A stretch of DNA of 64,000 nucleotides. Origin: Eledone cirrhosa (Eukaryota). Position 1 is the first letter of the stretch, and each line of letters begins with the position of its first letter. Shown here in pieces: positions 57,682-64,000 of the stretch. The notes below the pieces were generated by a model. That model did not search any database. It had not been told where the DNA came from and saw only the letters and a list, made by a program, of their open reading frames with translations. The stretch spans positions 390,414,001 to 390,478,000 of the forward strand of contig OZ024740.1 in assembly GCA_964016885.1 (NCBI GenBank). Direction: 5' to 3'. Made by a program: the position numbers and the translations under genes.

Positions 57682-60529
57682 CCCTAGACCATTGAGAGGA
57701 TTATCTGCTCTCGTTTAGGGCTCTTCTTTTTCCCCTTTTTTCTATATTTCCTTTCAGAGTAAACTTTTCCGGTTCATTTTCACCGGCACAGGTTGAACAA
57801 GCTGGTCCCCACTGACCAACGAAACGTACGTACCTGGTATGGCACCATTGTAGTAACAGGCCTTAATACTTATTGACACACACACACACACACACTCACA
57901 CACACATACACACACACATACATACACACACACACACACACACTCACACATACACACACACAGACACACACACATACACACACATACATACACACGCGCA
58001 CATGCATACACACATATTTTTTTGGACTTCCGTCGGTTCCAACGGTGAGTGTTCCAGTTGTTTGATCAATCGAACAGCGTGCTTGTGAAAGTGTCTGTGT
58101 ACTCCACAGACACATGAAGCTTTAATGTAGTCCTCTGAGAGATTCGGTGTGACACTGTGTGAATTACAGGCACAACTCATCTTTTCCAAAGCGCATACAT
58201 ATAGATTACACAGATAAGCATGGATACACGGACATTTTGTCATGCGCACACATACATAATGCATATTTTCTGATCAATTCGTCAATATTTACGTACTCAA
58301 ACACATCGACCATCAAACCATACTTGCCAACACACAAATGACCACAATTGCTAAAATATTTAATGTGTGTGTTCGAACACTCTTAAAATAAAATGCACAT
58401 ATAAACACTGGAGGTTCTACATGAGTCTCTTGACTTGCTAGAAATAGCAGCGATATGTGCTGCAAAGCACACATCATCGTTATATAAAAAGAAAGGATAT
58501 ATTCACTATATTTAATAAAAAATGGGATGGTCCACTGCCGGAACGGTTTTATTATAGAATAAGATGAAAATCATAGCGCTTTGACTATAAGCAAAACAAA
58601 GAATACCTTTATTTATGGACGATCCTCATCTATAAAACACACACCAGAAGTTCTTTTTTTCCATGAAATTTATCAGTATACAGATAGATATACCTATATA
58701 AAAATACGCAGACAGCGTCATGTAGTGATTTGTATATGGAATGACATTTTGAACGTGAATAGAATCTATTCATAATTATAATTAGTATTAATCATATTTG
58801 CTTATACACATGTGATTATTTGCAAATTCAGACATTGTTTTATTGTTACATAGAAACAAATGTGTGTGTGTATGTATGCGCGCGCGTGTGTGTGTATGGA
58901 AAAGGCAAACAGAAATAACAAAGCAAACGACGCAGAACAATGATGAGATATATCACTAGTTTTACGATTGATATAGTAGGAAAAGAGTCTTAACGTTTCG
59001 GACGCTAATCCTTCATCAGAATGGAATAGAATGAGAAATTAAAGAAGTGAAAGACTTAAGAGAATAGACAGTGGCAAAAACGAAGAGAAATTCCCAGAGA
59101 AAAAACAGGTCTATTCAAGTTGCTGGCCATCCAATATAGTATTTTTTTTTTTTTTTTTTTTTTTTTGTGGAGCGAGAGACTCCTAGTCTTCATTAAGACA
59201 TCTCTCTAGATATAAAACCTCGACTTCATTTGCATCCAATGATGTAGACCAGTTCTACTTTTTGGGTAAATGAAATCGATGTTGAAAGAGTGGGAATGGC
59301 TCCATGCAAAGCCTTTTATAACTTAATAAAGAAATATTTTGAGCAGATATGTTTCTATTGAAAAATTAGCCTAGAGTTAGAAGCTTCAACGCACGTATGT
59401 TTTTTTACTGTAAAAAATAGTCTAACATATCGGACATAAAATCTCCTGGACGGAAAAGAGCTGGCGGTGATGTTTTGTGACATCGTTTTCGACATTTTGA
59501 GTGTTCTGAGATCACCTAAGACGTCACTGGTACCAAGTTATATTGGTATTTTCCTTTCCCTTGCAGAGGAGCTTTCTACGACAATTAATGATTGAAACAA
59601 TGCTGACAACAGAGCATAGTGATAAACTCGCCCCCTCCAAACACAGACAGCATATACTAGATACTGATGACGTATCATTAACAATAAACATTCATATTCT
59701 GACGTTTTACATCATTCACATTGGATCCACCTACTATAAAGAGAAAACAGCACACGTCAGTATCACGCTGAAGATAAAACTAGAAACGTCTAGAAACGTC
59801 GATGAAGGAATTAAGAACTTCATTGTTCTAAACTAACTGCATGGAATTCATATGAAAATAAGAAAGAATTTTGATGAAAAAAAGACAACGTGTTTTCAAT
59901 ACAACACACATACGTGGAAATAGCAATAGAAATAGTAGAGGTTCGTGGCTCTTGATTTGTGGAGGCATTTGGATATGAGGGGTGTCGATAGAAGACCCCC
60001 CCCCCACCCTCTTTCTTTTGTATGTTTATACATTCTAATAGATTATGAATTATTTAGTGCCCGTCATGTCTGAAGATGTAAAAGCTAAACCATGAGTTAT
60101 CAATATTAGATCTAAATTTGAGATCGTTTTCGGTGCTTTAAGTTAACAGTTCTTTAATTTCAGGAAGGGAATGGGGAATAGGTGGCAGTAGAACCTGTCT
60201 ATTGCTATCATAGAACTTGAACGGAGGATTTCTCTGGGAGCTCCAAAAGAATCTTTCCTGCAATCACCAGAATTCACCACAGTTAGAACAATTCTCATGT
60301 ATTTCAATTCGATCATTTTTTAAGCAGATATTGATCTTTTGTCTCCTTCCCGTCTGTGCATTGTTGTATCACAATTTTTACGTTCCTTTGTAGAAGATGT
60401 CTTGATCTTTCATTATGCTGAATTTGCAATCTTTACCCATTAGTGAGTAACGGATGGCGGAGACGTCGTTCGTTAATACAATGTCACTTATTTGTGATTT
60501 CCGTTAAGTAAATGTTATTTTGAATTGCA

Positions 60530-61853
60530 ACGGATTGTACTTGTAATTTCCTAACTAGTTGTGTTCTTCCTGTTCCTGTGAAGCCTAGCTACTCAAGATT
60601 TGTATTGAGACAGTTACTAACATACCCCAGTGCCCCAATAACCACAATAATCTGAAGGTGTAATCAGGGTGGAATATCTGCAGATTTCTCACCAGTTCTG
60701 CATAAATATTCTCCTTTTCGCTAATCTTTGATATTATATTGGCATCTGCTGGGCAGCTAATTTCCACTACAGTGCATGCTTTCTTCTCCCTGTCCCATAT
60801 CATAATATCTGGTCCGTTATGCCTGCATTTTATTGGGGTTTTTACTGGAACATTCCACCAGTACTCTTTCATATTATGTACGTGAATATCTTCCACATTG
60901 CTGTAGCTTTTAATGTGTTTATTTTTTTTGTTTATTTGTTTTTTTGTATGTATGTATGTATGTATGTATGTATGTATGTATGTATGTATGTATGTTCTTC
61001 TGGTTTTATAATTTCACAAAGTTTTACCAATAGAGAGAGAGTCGGTTTCTAACCTAGACACAAGACTCTCATTGGAATTTACACAACATCAACAAGGTAG
61101 ATATGTATGTATGTCTGCATGCATGCATGTATAGATTTGGATGTTATTGTATGTGTGGATGTGTATGTTTTGAGTTGTATGTGTGCATGTGTATATGCTT
61201 TGTATCTGTACATGTGTATATGCAGTTATTAGATGCAAAATGTTTGGAATGTTTTACATATTTTCACTGTTCCATTAATGGATTGTACTTGTAGTATCCT
61301 AACTAGTTGTGTTCTTTCTATTCCTGTGAAGCCTAGCTACTCAAGATTTTTATTGAGGCAGTTACTAACATATCCTAGTGCCCCAACAATCACAGGCATA
61401 AATCTGAAGGTGTAATCAGGGTGGAGTATCTGCAGATTTTCTCATCAGTTCTGCATAAATATTCTCCTTTTCACTAATCTTTGATATTATATTGGCATCT
61501 GCTGGGCAGCTAATTTCCACTACTGTGCATGTTTTCTTCTCCCTGTCCCATATCATAATATCTGGTCTGTTATGCCTGCATTTTATTGGGGTTTTTACTG
61601 GAACATTACACCAGTACTCTTTCATATTATGTACATGGATGTCTTCCACACTGTGGTAGCTTTTAATGTGTTTATTATCGGGGCTATCTTTTTTACGAAC
61701 TGCATTGTACAGTGTTTTGGCCACTACATCATGCCTCATAGGTAGATAGTACCGCGATGACATCTTTGGACAGCTGCTGATGACATGAGTGATATCCTCG
61801 ATGTTAGTTCTGCAGAGTCTGCACTTGTTATCACATCTAGGTGTTTTGCCTGC

Positions 61854-61855
<2 letters not shown>
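60530..61855 (-). mobile_element. two tandem R4/Dong-like RLE fragments (~60530-60925 and ~61278-61855)
   Basis: MSSRYYLPMRHD..KCRHNRPDIMIWD..VVEISCP..EKENIY; homologous to 1-690. Confidence 0.85.
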
Positions 61856-61884
<29 letters not shown>

Positions 61885-61910
61885 TGTATGTATGTATGTA
61901 TGTATGTATG

Positions 61911-62442
61911 TTAGGTTGCTCTCGAGTGCTACTGGTAACATGTAACCCAGTATAACCTGTCATATGGTCGGGTCGTCGACGAGTAAACCGGCAACCCCAC
62001 AAAGCTTGCTTGGCGAGGAGGGTGATATTTGGATATCTGCAGGATGAAATACAAGACCCGGCAAAGGGCGGAGTAACTCAGCAGAGCCAACGGCCATCCA
62101 AATAGTATTGTATTTTCTCACCTGGGAGTGGAAGGCCCCCAGTTGTTGTCACAACACCTTTCTAAGAGAGGGAAACTCTGAAGAAAAAAAAAAAAAAGAC
62201 CTGCGGCTTCAGAAGCATCCGATGATGTTGACCAGTTCTCCTTTTCGGGTAGTGTTTTCGAGGCTCAGAGAGTGGGATTGGTCGAGTGCAACGCCTTTCC
62301 CCACTTAAAAAACCTTCAAGCACAGGCATTGCCTGTTCAGGATCTGTTACAGGTTCGTGTGGCTGGCCGTAGCCTAAAGGTGCATTATTTTCTGTAATCT
62401 GACAAGCGATTGCAATACTCTTAACAGAGTTTGCAGTCATCA
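61911..62442 (+). mobile_element. divergent subfamily of the RTE-derived non-autonomous element
   Basis: Shares GTGCTACTGGTAACATGTA..GGTCGGGTCG..GGCAACCCCAC..GAGGAGGGTGA with the main family; different 3' end. Confidence 0.7.
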
Positions 62443-62547
62443 TGTATATGTGTATGTAAGTATGCATATATGTGTGTCTGTATGTATGTATGAATGTATG
62501 TATACATATATGTATACATATATGTACGAGTATACATATACTTATGT

Positions 62548-63153
62548 CAGGTCACCAGTTGGTGCTACTGGTAACATGTATCCCAGTACAACCTGTCTCA
62601 TGGTCGGGTCGTTGGCGACTAAACTGGCAACCCCACCAAGGTTTCTTGGTGAGGAGGGTGACTTTGGACATCCTGCAGGACTAAAAACAAAACCTGTCAA
62701 AGGGCAAAGGAGCTCTTAAGAGTCAATGGCCATCCAAAATCACCGGGAGAGATGACCCCTTAGCCTTTGTTAAGGCAGAATTCTAGGAGAAGGAAAACTC
62801 TGATATAACACCTACAACCCTGATGGTATCCAATGATGTTGACTTGTTCTTCTTTTTGGTAAATATCATCTTGGTTAAGAGAGTGGGACTGGGTTTGTGC
62901 AGTGCCTTTGCTCACTATAAAAGCTTCACGGCACAGGCATTGCTTTATATCTGGAGATCTCTCTGCACTTGTCGTCACATGGTACCATGGGCCCAGCACT
63001 ATGTGTCAATAATTGTCACAAGAGTAGTGTTTGTACCAGAGTTTTCAAGTCACTGGCTGGACTAAAAAGTCACACTCGTTTAGTGCATCGGTAGGGGTTC
63101 TCCTACATGGATATAAAGTAGTGGCTGTACTCGAAAATGAGTTGGCAGCCACC
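62548..63153 (+). mobile_element. ~600-bp RTE-derived element, full copy
   Basis: Near-identical to 47687-48294. Confidence 0.8.
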
Positions 63154-63689
63154 ATACATATATGTCAGTATGTTTGTATATATGTATGTATTTATGTATG
63201 TGTGTGGTATATATATATATATATATCACCCCCACCCCACATATTAAATAACAGTAAGCAAGGCTGGAAGTGTCTTGGCTTACATAAAACAATATGGGTG
63301 GAAACTGCAACATCCCCTATATTTTGAGTGTGTATGTGTTCTCCCGGAATTTTTTAACGACAAAATTGTTTACAAATAATCCTTTGATAAAGACAGAACG
63401 TTAAAAAAGATAGAACATATACATGCTCCTCCAATTAAGCGACAAATTAAGAAGTGAAAAAAAAAATGGCGTTTGCGCATAAACTTCTATCTGAATTTGT
63501 GCCAATTTTCGATAAATTTCCATTGCACATGCATTTAGGAAAGTCACTATAAAGATGTCTTTTTATAAAGTAATGTATATATCAGTGAAAAAATTGTTAG
63601 ACTGTAAATAAAACCCTTTTTTGTACTGTTGACCTTGTTATTCTTCACTCTTTCTATATATATATATTATATATATATATATATAAATA

Positions 63690-63842
<153 letters not shown>

Positions 63843-64000
63843 GTGTGTGTGGAAAATAGAGAGGTAGATGGTCTTGTCACCATAGTAACTAATTAGTATT
63901 GTTTCAAAACGCGGGAATTTTAAGCGCATATCTGTCAACACGTGCGTGGAAATAAATGTGTATGTGTTTGATTCTGTGTCATTCAACATATAGACAATGC

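Overview
This is AT-rich, repeat-saturated eukaryotic DNA, most likely cephalopod (octopus-like); that assignment is inferred from the tRNA-derived SINE family and the microsatellite load. I found no convincing host protein-coding gene, and almost all listed ORFs are microsatellite artefacts. Recognisable coding remnants all come from mobile elements: R4/Dong-like RLE retrotransposons, DD37D (maT) Tc1/mariner transposases, RTE and Tx1/L1-like LINE pieces, and two Penelope-like (PLE) GIY-YIG endonucleases. The window also holds about 20 copies or fragments of one SINE, two hAT MITEs with 8-bp TSDs, a ~600-bp RTE-derived non-autonomous family and several minimal hammerhead ribozymes. The main find is a near-perfect 8x615-bp tandem array at 40276-45234, set inside (TA)n. 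By manual folding, each unit carries on the minus strand a type I hammerhead with a non-canonical core: U3-A8 in place of C3-G8, a C.A mismatch at the base of stem II, and a ~60-nt stem II extension. A divergent ~642-bp-period relative at 31651-32437 has the same architecture with a C3-G8 core and a fully covarying stem II. Together they suggest an unusually large retrozyme-like (circular RNA) family. All RNA structures were read by eye and are untested.
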